Under the pieces are notes generated by a model. It did not search any database. It saw nothing but the letters and a program-made list of their open reading frames with translations, and was not told the DNA's origin. Of a stretch of 64,000 nucleotides of DNA, positions 10,944 through 19,603 are shown piece after piece; position 1 is the first letter of the stretch, and every line of letters starts with the position of its first letter. The translations under genes and the position numbers were made by a program. Source of the stretch: Patescibacteria group bacterium (GTDB lineage Bacteria; Patescibacteriota; Microgenomatia; CAYGWK01); assembly GCA_049322615.1 (NCBI GenBank), contig JBMORX010000010.1:25416-89415 (forward strand), given 5' to 3'.

Positions 10944-12353
10944 ATGAAGTTCCTTTTTATTCAGAAAAGCGCTTTTCCTTTAGCTGGAGTGATGAGTCTT
11001 GGGGCGGTCATCAAAAAAACCGGCTGGCAAGTGGATCTAGTTTTAGCGGGAGAAGAGGATATTTTAAAAAAGGTTTGGGAGTTTCAGCCCCAGGTAGTGG
11101 CTTTTCCTGTTTTTACCGGTGAACATCAGTGGGTCCTTCGGCAGGCGCGGGTTTTAAAGAAAAAACATCCTCGTATTTTTATTCTTCTTGGTGGTTCCCA
11201 TCCCACTTATTATCCTGACATCGTTAAAGAAAAAGGAGTTGATGGCATTATTAGGGGAGAAGCCGAAGGAGCAGTTTTGGACTTATTGAAAGCTTTAGAA
11301 CAAAAAAAATCCTTAACTAAAATCAAGAATCTTTGGTTGAAGAAAGGAAAAAGGATTCATAAAAATCCCTTGCGTCCCCTGATTGAGGATTTGGATAGTT
11401 TGCCTGTTCCCTTAAGAGGAATTTATTATCAATATAATTTTTTAAAAAATGCCTCGGTCAAACAATTTTTAACCGGCAGGGGATGTCCTTATAATTGCAC
11501 TTTTTGCTCTAACCATCTTTTGCGCCAGATGTATCAGGGTAAGGGTAAATATCTTCGCCGACATTCTCCTTTAAGGGTTATTCAGGAGATAAAAGAAGTT
11601 TGGGAAAAATATGGCTTTAAGACAATTTCTTTTACTGACGATGTTTTTACTGTTGATAAAAATTGGTTAAAAGAATTTTTGCCTCTTTACCGAAAGAAGA
11701 TTGGGGTGCCTTTTATGGTGAATGTCACTGCCAACTCGTTGGATGAAGAATTAGCCAAGATGCTTAAAAAGGCTGGTTGTTACGGAATTGCCATGGGAAT
11801 TGAATCAGGAAGCCAAGAAATGAGGTTTAAAGTCCTTAAGAAATTTATCACCGATAAACAGATTTTTGAAGGAGGAAGATTGGCAAAAAAATACAATTTA
11901 GTTCTTAAGACCTACAATATTTTATCCTTGCCTGGCGAGACACTTCAAGATGCCATTAAGACGATTAAAATCAATGCTGCCCTTAAACCCTTATCAGCCA
12001 CGGCTTCCCTTCTTCAACCGTATCCAGATTACGAAATTACCCGCTACGCGGCCAGAAAAGGCTTTTTAGCGAAAAATTTTGGGATCGATGATGTCTTCGA
12101 AAGTATTTATCTGGCTTCCCCAATTAAGGGGAAAGAATCCCAAGAAATTGAAAACCTTCAGGCTTTTTTCCCTTTTTTGGTGGCCCATCCCAAATTTATT
12201 CCCCTCGTCAAACCATTGCTCAGGTTGCCATTCCGCTGGCTTTTTAGATTAGTGGCCAGAATTACTTACGGATTTTATATGAGCCGCGTCCATCGACTTT
12301 CTTTGCTAGATAAGATTCGATTCCTCCATCATATAGACCCTTTGAAGGTTTGA
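10944..12353 (+). CDS. B12-binding-domain radical SAM protein (third paralog)
   Basis: TGRGCPYNCTFCSNH; GIESGSQEM; start at MKFLFIQ just after the upstream stop. Confidence 0.75.
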   Translation: MKFLFIQKSAFPLAGVMSLGAVIKKTGWQVDLVLAGEEDILKKVWEFQPQVVAFPVFTGEHQWVLRQARVLKKKHPRIFILLGGSHPTYYPDIVKEKGVDGIIRGEAEGAVLDLLKALEQKKSLTKIKNLWLKKGKRIHKNPLRPLIEDLDSLPVPLRGIYYQYNFLKNASVKQFLTGRGCPYNCTFCSNHLLRQMYQGKGKYLRRHSPLRVIQEIKEVWEKYGFKTISFTDDVFTVDKNWLKEFLPLYRKKIGVPFMVNVTANSLDEELAKMLKKAGCYGIAMGIESGSQEMRFKVLKKFITDKQIFEGGRLAKKYNLVLKTYNILSLPGETLQDAIKTIKINAALKPLSATASLLQPYPDYEITRYAARKGFLAKNFGIDDVFESIYLASPIKGKESQEIENLQAFFPFLVAHPKFIPLVKPLLRLPFRWLFRLVARITYGFYMSRVHRLSLLDKIRFLHHIDPLKV

Positions 12354-12504
12354 AGACCTTGACCCGCCTAATCTTCCCTTGCGACTTTTCAGTTCTATTC
12401 GAACACGCCGCAAGGAGCGATTTATGTCGGGTCGGCGCCCCGCACCGAACTTTGTTCTGGTGCGGGGCTTGACTTTTCGATTTTTGGGATATAGGATAAA
12501 AGTA

Positions 12505-12753
12505 ATGAAGAAAAGATTGACTCCAGGGCAAATAGACCGCTGTTTTGGTGTTATCTTGGCGATTTTTTTGGCGTTTGCCGGATTTTTGTATTGGCAAGGC
12601 TATATCCAAGGGAGTGGTTTTTTACTTACGGCAATTGTTGTTTTATTAGCCGGAGCTTTCTGTGTTTTTAATACTCGAAGAGCCCAGAAAGATGGATTTT
12701 TAAATGGCTACGCTCGGGCAAAGGATGATTTTGAGAAAAAGAAAAAGGGTTAA
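12505..12753 (+). CDS. Small membrane protein (hypothetical)
   Basis: Two predicted TM helices (ILAIFLAFAGFLYW, LLTAIVVLLAGAFCVF); start picked at MKKRL after a purine-rich stretch. Confidence 0.35.
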   Translation: MKKRLTPGQIDRCFGVILAIFLAFAGFLYWQGYIQGSGFLLTAIVVLLAGAFCVFNTRRAQKDGFLNGYARAKDDFEKKKKG

Positions 12754-13085
12754 ATTTCTTCTAAAAGTTTTTCCGAAATATCCTTTCGACAGTGACCGCA
12801 GATAACCTCTTTTTCGTCTCCTTTAGCATAAGTTGGCTTTTCGCAAACATTACATTTAACAGATTTGTAGGGTGGGGGAACGACTAAACTTCTGGCAACT
12901 TCATCAAGAGTCAAAATCGTAAAGACAACCCCCAAGGGAATAATTATTAAGCCAAAAAACAAACTCCAGCCAGGAATTTTAGCAAGGAGAATGAGAATGC
13001 CGCCAAAGAAAAGACCTAAAGACAAGACAACCATTAAAACCTGTTTTGAGACAAGAGTCACCAGTTGGGAATTCTTAAACATCAC
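12750..13085 (-). CDS. Membrane protein with C-terminal zinc ribbon (CNVCEK...CGHCRK)
   Basis: Two N-terminal TM helices plus a CxxC...CxxC pair. Confidence 0.45.
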   Translation of the reverse strand: MMFKNSQLVTLVSKQVLMVVLSLGLFFGGILILLAKIPGWSLFFGLIIIPLGVVFTILTLDEVARSLVVPPPYKSVKCNVCEKPTYAKGDEKEVICGHCRKDISEKLLEEI

Positions 13086-13090
13086 TTAAT

Positions 13091-13182
13091 CATAGCAAGT
13101 GAAAAAGAAATTGTGAATGGTCAATTTTGAGTAGCATCATAGCAAGTGAAAAAGAAATTGTGAATGGTCAATTTTGAGTAGC
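13091..13182. repeat. Tandem direct repeat, 2 x about 46 bp (catagcaagtgaaaaagaaattgtgaatggtcaattttgagtagc)
   Basis: Two near-identical adjacent copies followed by the palindrome cctcgcaaggcgattccttgcgagg. Confidence 0.9.
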
Positions 13183-13976
13183 CTCGCAAGGCGATTCCTT
13201 GCGAGGCTAAAGGTCGTAATCGATTAAGGCAGTTTTGATTAAAGAAAAATCTTCTGTTTGTTTAACAAATGCTAGATAGTCTAATCGGGGATTCTTTTTA
13301 GAAAAATAAGAGAGTATTTCTTCTGGATGAACCCAGCTTGCTTGTCTTTGTCCTAAATATTCTGGCAACGAAGACGGTTGAGAAGTCCACCCACGAAAGG
13401 CATTGCCTTTTGAGGCTAATTCTTCAGGGTTGCGGTGAATATAACTAGTTAAATAAAGGAGTTGCTCTTCGGATTCAGCCATAACCGCTTTATATTGCGA
13501 TTGATACAGATGTCCAACGCGTTTATATTTTTTATTAAAAAACATGGTATATCTTGTCCCTAAAGAGTTCATAAATCTATCAATTGCATCTTTCGACTTT
13601 TGTTTTAAGAGAAAATGAAAATGGTTGGGCATTAAACAATAAGCGAGGAGAATTATTTCCCTCGAGAAGTTATTCAATCGCAAAAGTTTCAAAGCTTTGT
13701 CTTTCTCTTTGTAACTTGTTGATGGGCTAGAGAGTATTTCTCTAAGTTGCTTCTCGTTTTTGGGGAGGAGATATGTTTTAAGATATGAAAGAAAAACGGC
13801 ATAATCTTGTTCGTCAGAAAATATTTGGCGTTTTTCCACTCCCCGGTTATAAATATGATAGTAGCCATTTTCGATATATACTTTAAGAGCATTTTTAGCA
13901 GGCATAATTGCAGTCTTACACAAACGAAAGTATTTGTCAAGTTCACAAGGAGTTGCCTTGCGAGGCTAAAAGATCC
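13183..13976 (-). mobile_element. IS200/IS605-like (RAYT-like) HUH transposase element with flanking hairpins
   Basis: CDS 13207..13923 encodes YHIYNRGVEKRQIF and LMPNHFHFLL (HuH motif) plus a conserved Tyr region; a ccttgcgaggctaaa(g) motif flanks both ends (13191-13212 and 13953-13973). Confidence 0.65.
13207..13923 (-). CDS. IS200-like / REP-associated tyrosine transposase (Y1 HUH)
   Basis: HuH motif MPNHFHFLL; N-terminal YHIYNRG; 238 aa. Confidence 0.65.
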   Translation of the reverse strand: MCKTAIMPAKNALKVYIENGYYHIYNRGVEKRQIFSDEQDYAVFLSYLKTYLLPKNEKQLREILSSPSTSYKEKDKALKLLRLNNFSREIILLAYCLMPNHFHFLLKQKSKDAIDRFMNSLGTRYTMFFNKKYKRVGHLYQSQYKAVMAESEEQLLYLTSYIHRNPEELASKGNAFRGWTSQPSSLPEYLGQRQASWVHPEEILSYFSKKNPRLDYLAFVKQTEDFSLIKTALIDYDL

Positions 13977-14063
13977 GTTAGCGAAGGAGAGGAGGAAACT
14001 GGTGGGGAAGAGTAAGACTCGCCCGAAGTTTTTGAGCCCTTTTGAGAGAAATCTTGAAAGGGC

Positions 14064-14633
14064 TCATTTTTTGAGGTGTTCGACTATTTTATAAAGAATA
14101 ATTCCTGCCGAAACCATCACGTTTAAAGAACGGTTTATTCCTAACATTGGTAGTTCGACGATAACATCGGCTTTTTCTAAGACGCTTTTCGAGATACCAT
14201 ATGTTTCGTTGCCAACCACCACTGCTACAGGAAATTTTGGCTGTAAATCTTTATAGGAAATTGCTTCTTTTTTCTGCTCAACGCAAATTATTTGAACACT
14301 TTTTTTCTTCAGTGAATTGACAACTGAAAGAGCACTTTTTGAATATTCCCAAGGGACCCATTTCCAAGTGGAAACCGAAGCCTTTTTAATTTTTGGGTTA
14401 GGAGGGGTTTCGGTTTGACCACAAAGATAAATTTTTTCTGCCGCCACCGCATCAGCTAAGCGAAAAAGAGCGCCAACATTGTAGGTATCCAAAACATTAT
14501 CCAAAACAAGATAAATTGGATTGCGCTTGATTTTTTTAAGTTCTTCTTCGGTTGGTTCGGTCGTCCTTAGTTCTTTAGCGCCAAGTTTAAGCATCATGTT
14601 CATTTTAGCACAAAAATTTGCTATAATTAACAC
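14064..14633 (-). CDS. SpoU/TrmH-family RNA 2'-O-methyltransferase
   Basis: YLVLDNVLDTYNVGALFRLADA, VVGNETYGIS, LPMLGINRSLNVMVSAGIILYKI are SPOUT-family motifs. Confidence 0.8.
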   Translation of the reverse strand: MLIIANFCAKMNMMLKLGAKELRTTEPTEEELKKIKRNPIYLVLDNVLDTYNVGALFRLADAVAAEKIYLCGQTETPPNPKIKKASVSTWKWVPWEYSKSALSVVNSLKKKSVQIICVEQKKEAISYKDLQPKFPVAVVVGNETYGISKSVLEKADVIVELPMLGINRSLNVMVSAGIILYKIVEHLKK

Positions 14634-14701
14634 GGTTTTGGCCCCACCACGTCGGACGTGGTAGGGAGCCGCGTTTGACGCGGGAACGTCAGACGTTCCG
14701 C

Positions 14702-14774
14702 GGCCCCATCGTCTAGTGGTTTAGGACATGAGGTTTTCAGCCTTAAAACCAGGGTTCGAATCCCTGTGGGGTCA
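14702..14774 (+). tRNA. tRNA-Glu (UUC)
   Basis: Cloverleaf folded by hand: acceptor GGCCCCA/TGGGGTC, D-arm GTCT..GGAC, anticodon stem TGAGG/CCTTA with loop TTTTCAG, T-arm CAGGG TTCGAAT CCCTG; no encoded CCA. Confidence 0.8.
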
Positions 14775-16473
14775 CAGACAAGGATTTTGAGGTTTTAAAA
14801 TCGCTTTTTAGGGCGAAAAGACGGGCTAATTTAGGTGTTCGATTAACTAAATCATCATAAGTTGGCAACTCTTCGAAAAGTAACCCAAACATAGCTGCGT
14901 TTCTAAGGGGTTCGGAGCTTGAGAACAATAATTCTTCGGGGTGTTCGATGTAATATTTCAGGTATCCTAAGACTACCTGGACATCCACTTGTTGCTTTTC
15001 CTTTCGATCACGGATAAGAGTCGCTTGGGCTTTTTCTTGCTCCAAGTTGTCAATATCATCTTCTAAAAGCTTGATGGCTGCCACAGAAGTTAAGACTTTA
15101 ATCTTTTCTTTTAGGTTCTGAATTTCTTGTTCAATTTGGGTGACTCTTTGACCAAAGTTTATTGTATCATCAGATAAATTCTTCTCCCGCTTCTCCCACT
15201 CCTCCAAAACGATTTGCCTGAACCGAATAAAATACTCCTCACTAAACTTAACATCTTCTACGAAGGATTTAATTGTTTTATGAAACTCTGCAACTGGAAT
15301 CCCGATATATTTATGGTTCCTCCCACAGTTGCCGCAGTGATAATAACCATGACGTTCTCCGTTCTTGCTTCTGGAGAAAGAGGCTAAGAGAGACTTTCGA
15401 CAGATGGGACATAAAACATAGTGACGGTAAGGAAATAGGGGATTTTCCTTTAACTTCTTTTGCCCCCAAGGCGATTTTTGGTTTCTTAGAAGAGATACGG
15501 TTCCATCGGGATTTTCTACGATAACAATCTTGCCTCGGTTAGCTTTGTTAAACATGTCTATTGTAACTAAACCATCGAACCGTTCCTTAATTGGTTTACC
15601 TTCTGTCCAAAACTCATCGTTAATTCCAGCGTAGATGGGATTCTGAATATATCGTTGAAATTGTTTCACTGTTAATTTATTGCCACCGCCAAAACCTATT
15701 ATTTTCTTTTTATCGTTGGGGTCATGTCTTTTAAACTTTCTTGATCTAAAACCCATGTCGTTTATTTCCTTTACAATCTCTTTATCATCCAAATTTCCCT
15801 GAATCCTTAGCTCATACATGCGAATAAACCAAGGCGCTTCGGTAGGATCGCCTTCAAGAATTACTCTCATCCCACGCTCGGTTTCTATTTTTTGGTTGCG
15901 AAATCCCATCGGTGCCTGCCTAACATGGTATCCCATGCGAACATATCGAATTTCTGCCCCGATTAGTCTTGTCAAAATCGTTCTGACCTCCTCACGTGCC
16001 CGCTCTGCATCAAGAAGTTCAGTAATCCAGGTAGGGGAAAACTCTGACCAGTCGTATCGGACGTTTAGGTGTGCCAGGGTATTTATTTTTTGGGTGCCGA
16101 TAATTCCCATAACGTCTACAAGCTGGATTCCTAATTTTGAAAGTTGTGTTTTAAGAAGACCGTAGATGGTCGAACCACCTCTGGTAAATCTATCTATGCT
16201 TTTAGTGAAGAAGAACCTGATTTTGTTCGCGGGGTTTTTACAGTATTCTATAGCTTTTAAGACAGGTTGCGTGTCCAACTCGCCTGAAGCTGACTCAGTA
16301 AATTCGAATATCTTCCTAATTTCTATTCGGCAGTTAAGAAGTGTTCCTAATTGTTCTGCTCGAATTTTTATTTGTTCAAGCTGCTCTTCTGGAGAGTCAC
16401 CCGTCATCTCCTGCTTAAGAGAGCTTACCCGAATATCCGCAACCGCGTATTGAATTTCCCGCTCATCCTTCAT
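14743..16473 (-). CDS. Large serine recombinase (integrase); its 3' end overlaps the tRNA-Glu 3' half
   Basis: N-terminal resolvase domain YAVADIRVSSLKQ (catalytic Ser); recombinase domain; C-terminal zinc ribbon CPICRK...CGNCGRNH; coiled-coil tail; last residues PQGFEPWF are translated from the antisense of the tRNA T-arm. Confidence 0.8.
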   Translation of the reverse strand: MKDEREIQYAVADIRVSSLKQEMTGDSPEEQLEQIKIRAEQLGTLLNCRIEIRKIFEFTESASGELDTQPVLKAIEYCKNPANKIRFFFTKSIDRFTRGGSTIYGLLKTQLSKLGIQLVDVMGIIGTQKINTLAHLNVRYDWSEFSPTWITELLDAERAREEVRTILTRLIGAEIRYVRMGYHVRQAPMGFRNQKIETERGMRVILEGDPTEAPWFIRMYELRIQGNLDDKEIVKEINDMGFRSRKFKRHDPNDKKKIIGFGGGNKLTVKQFQRYIQNPIYAGINDEFWTEGKPIKERFDGLVTIDMFNKANRGKIVIVENPDGTVSLLRNQKSPWGQKKLKENPLFPYRHYVLCPICRKSLLASFSRSKNGERHGYYHCGNCGRNHKYIGIPVAEFHKTIKSFVEDVKFSEEYFIRFRQIVLEEWEKREKNLSDDTINFGQRVTQIEQEIQNLKEKIKVLTSVAAIKLLEDDIDNLEQEKAQATLIRDRKEKQQVDVQVVLGYLKYYIEHPEELLFSSSEPLRNAAMFGLLFEELPTYDDLVNRTPKLARLFALKSDFKTSKSLSVTPQGFEPWF

Positions 16474-16501
16474 GGTTTTATCCTCCTTCCATCTTACTAT
16501 T

Positions 16502-16750
16502 TTACGATATAAACCTCAAGGCTCCTTTCTCCTTATCCTCAAGAATCAAATCAATTAAACGATTAGCTAAAATTCTCATCCTGTCTTCTAGGTCTTGTTC
16601 TAATTGAACGCCTGAGATGGTAGTAATCCCCGACATAGTTGTATAGACCTCGGTAAATTTATCCAGAGTTGAATTAGTTTCTTGACCAAGAACTGTTTCT
16701 AATAAGACGTATGCCTGTGGTTCGCAGTAAACTGGCAGTAATTCAAGCAT
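16502..16750 (-). CDS. Hypothetical protein (82 aa), upstream of and co-oriented with the integrase; possible directionality factor
   Basis: ORF packed 29 bp from the integrase start. Confidence 0.35.
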   Translation of the reverse strand: MLELLPVYCEPQAYVLLETVLGQETNSTLDKFTEVYTTMSGITTISGVQLEQDLEDRMRILANRLIDLILEDKEKGALRFIS

Positions 16751-16752
16751 GG

Positions 16753-17001
16753 TTAGTAGTCCTCCAAAAAGGCAGACAAGACTTGGTTAAAATCTTTTTT
16801 GTTGGTATATTCACCATCGTTATAAGACCCACCGCCATAACTCACCCGCAGGTAAACTTTTAAAGGCCTATTTTGCCAATTAATCCTGCGTATTTTAGTG
16901 TAGAAACGGCGAATCGAGTGGGTCTCGTATCTTTCTACCAATTTACCGTTTTTGATAACCCGAAAAGTAAAATTTAGCCTGTTTTTGTTTTTCTTTTCCA
17001 T
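16753..17001 (-). CDS. Hypothetical protein (82 aa)
   Basis: ORF separated by 3 bp from the downstream gene; basic. Confidence 0.35.
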   Translation of the reverse strand: MEKKNKNRLNFTFRVIKNGKLVERYETHSIRRFYTKIRRINWQNRPLKVYLRVSYGGGSYNDGEYTNKKDFNQVLSAFLEDY

Positions 17002-17123
17002 ACTACCTCCTTAATCCTTATGTCATATATGTCATGTTTAGTGTCATATATGCTTTATTTCTTATAAGGGAGAAAAACATATTAGACTGAGAACATAGTC
17101 TTCTTACATATTCGGCTGATAAC

Positions 17124-17432
17124 TTAAAACATATCTTTTTCATAGCTTGGTTCTTCCATGGCTTCCTTCATCAAATATTCGTCATAACTTTTTAGAATTC
17201 CGTTTTTGATTGCTTGCCAGTCTTCAGGAGAATCTGTCTTGAAAATAGGCCTCCAACCATGGGGGGATAAATAACTAGGAGGGGTTACATAATTTGCTCC
17301 ACTCTCATCTCGGAGAACTTTGAAACCTTTGACCAAAAAACCGTCGAAGTGAATATCGGCACGGGCGATAACTTCACCTTTGTTAGCTTTGAAAATATCA
17401 ATCGAAAGAATTTTAAGTTTGGCTGCTTCCAT
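17124..17432 (-). CDS. spoVG: SpoVG-family nucleic-acid-binding protein
   Basis: KILSIDIFKANKGEVIARADIHFDGFLVKGFKVLRDESGANYVTPPS...GWRPIFKTDSPEDWQAIKNGIL matches the conserved SpoVG core. Confidence 0.6.
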   Translation of the reverse strand: MEAAKLKILSIDIFKANKGEVIARADIHFDGFLVKGFKVLRDESGANYVTPPSYLSPHGWRPIFKTDSPEDWQAIKNGILKSYDEYLMKEAMEEPSYEKDMF

Positions 17433-17685
17433 GATTTTTTCCTTTTTCCTTCATCTCAAAAACCATGTCTCGATAACTTTCTACCGAATCCAGTAAATCT
17501 TTTGCCTGAACTAAAGGGGCTTGTCTGCTTAGATAGGCGTTAACCAATTTCTCGCACCTATCTTTGGGGGCAAAAAGAAAATATATGGTCGTGCCAAGAA
17601 GTTTGGAACCAAGAAATTTAACATCAGGCTGAATCAGAAGATACGGCGTTAATTGTTTATCCTTTGTCTCAAATATATCGTTCAT
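17413..17685 (-). CDS. Hypothetical protein (90 aa)
   Basis: ORF overlapping the spoVG start by 20 nt (operon-like). Confidence 0.3.
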   Translation of the reverse strand: MNDIFETKDKQLTPYLLIQPDVKFLGSKLLGTTIYFLFAPKDRCEKLVNAYLSRQAPLVQAKDLLDSVESYRDMVFEMKEKGKNHGSSQT

Positions 17686-17977
17686 AATTTTTTCCCAACA
17701 AAAAAAGCCGCGAGCTTTTCACTCGTGGCTTAAACTTTTCCCACCTCGTTGTGGGATTTTAAACCCTTTATGATTTTATTTTACCCCTAAAATTTCGTTT
17801 GTCAATAGGCACTTGATGGACAACTTCAGAACCTATTTTACCTCAAATAAATCAATAAATTCCAACTTTCTTTATTTAGGAACCGATTTTTATCAAAACG
17901 ACTCCCAGAATCATATTGGGAAAACAGTAGCTTAAGGGAAAATTTGTTAAAGAAGACAATCCGTTCCTCAAAATAAG

Positions 17978-18016
17978 GAAATTCAATTCAATTCAATTCA
18001 AGTCAATTCAATTTAA
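17978..18016. repeat. Short satellite (aattcaattc)n
   Basis: aattcaattcaattcaattcaagtcaattcaattt. Confidence 0.8.
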
Positions 18017-18079
18017 GAAAAGATAATTCAAGTTAACATCGCTATTATACCAGAAAATTTGTATATTTTCAACTTCGTC

Positions 18080-18610
18080 TTACCCTCGCCAGCTCTCTAG
18101 TTTATCCTTGCAAGATAAGAGGGCTTCCTTAACTTCCTCTGCCGCCTTTAAAAGAGGCTGGTCTAAAAATCCTCCACCATAAGAAACTTTTCCTAAATCA
18201 TAATCAACTAAAACGTTATATCGATGAATTTTGGTGTAGGATTTTTGCAAATTTTCCTGTAGTTCCTCACTCAGAAAATAGATATCTCCCTTGGCGGTCG
18301 ACCAGGCTTCCGTTATAAACCGTATTTTTGCGTTATTAACCATAATATTTTCAGTTAACGCAAGATTTTCGTTAACTTCTGCCAATAATCGTTTTACCGT
18401 GCTTGCCCTGGCTTTTTCCTCTTCTTCTTTTCGCTTTTCTGACTCTTGTTCATAAACCGCTTTAATACTTTTCTCGGCGGCCTTAATCGAACCAAAATAT
18501 GATAACAATCCACCGATAACGGCTCCTATCAGACCGCTTAACAAATTACTTAGTTCCATGCTTAGACAATTATACTCCTCTCGGAGGCGATTACTAAAAG
18601 GGGGACTCAA
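18080..18610 (-). CDS. Hypothetical single-pass membrane protein (176 aa), translationally coupled to the upstream DUF4238-like gene
   Basis: TM helix LSNLLSGLIGAVIGGLLSYF followed by a charged/coiled segment; overlaps the upstream gene by 17 nt. Confidence 0.45.
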   Translation of the reverse strand: MSPPFSNRLREEYNCLSMELSNLLSGLIGAVIGGLLSYFGSIKAAEKSIKAVYEQESEKRKEEEEKARASTVKRLLAEVNENLALTENIMVNNAKIRFITEAWSTAKGDIYFLSEELQENLQKSYTKIHRYNVLVDYDLGKVSYGGGFLDQPLLKAAEEVKEALLSCKDKLESWRG

Positions 18611-19544
18611 TTTTTATACCTGGTTTTCTTGGCATCTTGTCAATCTTGCTCTTTTTAACCAGGTTCAAAAGTTGTTTTCTTTTCCTTGAGATGATAAACC
18701 TATCCGAAAAAAATATTGTCCTAAGGTTAAAATTGTTGATTATCTTATCATCTGCGTCCTGCCAAAAAGTCACCCCACCGTATTTGTGCATATATAGACA
18801 AATTCTAGAAGATAAAGGGAGGGTTAATTCGGCCAAACTGATATGATAAGGCTGAAGTGGGACGGCTCCAAATCTCATGACCGAAAAAGGGTTATCAGAG
18901 GTGAGGAAAAGATTATTTCTTGCTGACCTTACAAAAACCCAATTAAGACGAAAGAATATCCCGTAAAATTCTTTAAAGGACTCCAACATAAAGGTCAGAT
19001 GATATTCCTTCGGCACTTCTATCTTATATTTGTCTTCCTTAATAAATTTCATCGCCTCTTCTGGTGTTATATCGAATTTTTGGCCAGTGTTCCGCTCGAA
19101 ATTTTCAATAGTTTTCTGGGCCCGTTCCTCGTTAAAAAAGCTCATCCTTAACATAATTTTTGAAAATTGCTCGTAGGAATAACTCACATCTCGCCTGAAG
19201 GCTGTAGTTCGTAAGTATTGCGTGGTAACAAATTCACACAGGTCTCTTCTCTCTTCTGGCAAGTTAGGCAAAGTGCCCTTTTCAAGTTTTTCGATAACCC
19301 TGTTTGCCCTTTCTTCAATACTTTTTGCGAAAAGGTCAATTTCGATACTAAGGTTTTTGTCACCATCTTTAGTATGGAAAGTATAAAAATCCCTCTCGAT
19401 TGTCGTGTCTTTTGTAGGTTGTTTTCTCAACTCTTTCTTTTCCCTATCGTAAACCCAAACCATGGAATTGGTGTCGCTAAAACGCTTTAGGTAAAAATTG
19501 GGCATGGTGTGCTGTTTAACTGGTGCCCTTGGCTGGTTTTTCAT
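18594..19544 (-). CDS. DUF4238-like protein (316 aa)
   Basis: N-terminal HTMPNFYLKRFS resembles the hxxPxFYLKxF signature I associate with DUF4238; no catalytic motif recognised. Confidence 0.5.
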   Translation of the reverse strand: MKNQPRAPVKQHTMPNFYLKRFSDTNSMVWVYDREKKELRKQPTKDTTIERDFYTFHTKDGDKNLSIEIDLFAKSIEERANRVIEKLEKGTLPNLPEERRDLCEFVTTQYLRTTAFRRDVSYSYEQFSKIMLRMSFFNEERAQKTIENFERNTGQKFDITPEEAMKFIKEDKYKIEVPKEYHLTFMLESFKEFYGIFFRLNWVFVRSARNNLFLTSDNPFSVMRFGAVPLQPYHISLAELTLPLSSRICLYMHKYGGVTFWQDADDKIINNFNLRTIFFSDRFIISRKRKQLLNLVKKSKIDKMPRKPGIKIESPF

Positions 19545-19603
19545 AATTCACCCTTATATCGGATATTATACCGTTTATTGCCCAAAACAGTTAAAATATA
19601 AGT

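Noticed and set aside
14641-14701. Possible second tRNA upstream of tRNA-Glu (begins GGCCCCA)
   Set aside because: Only the first about 7-20 nt resemble a tRNA; the rest forms unrelated nested hairpins (ccacgtcggacgtgg; ccgcgtttgacgcgg; gaacgtcagacgttc), so it is more likely a promoter/leader structure or a duplication fragment
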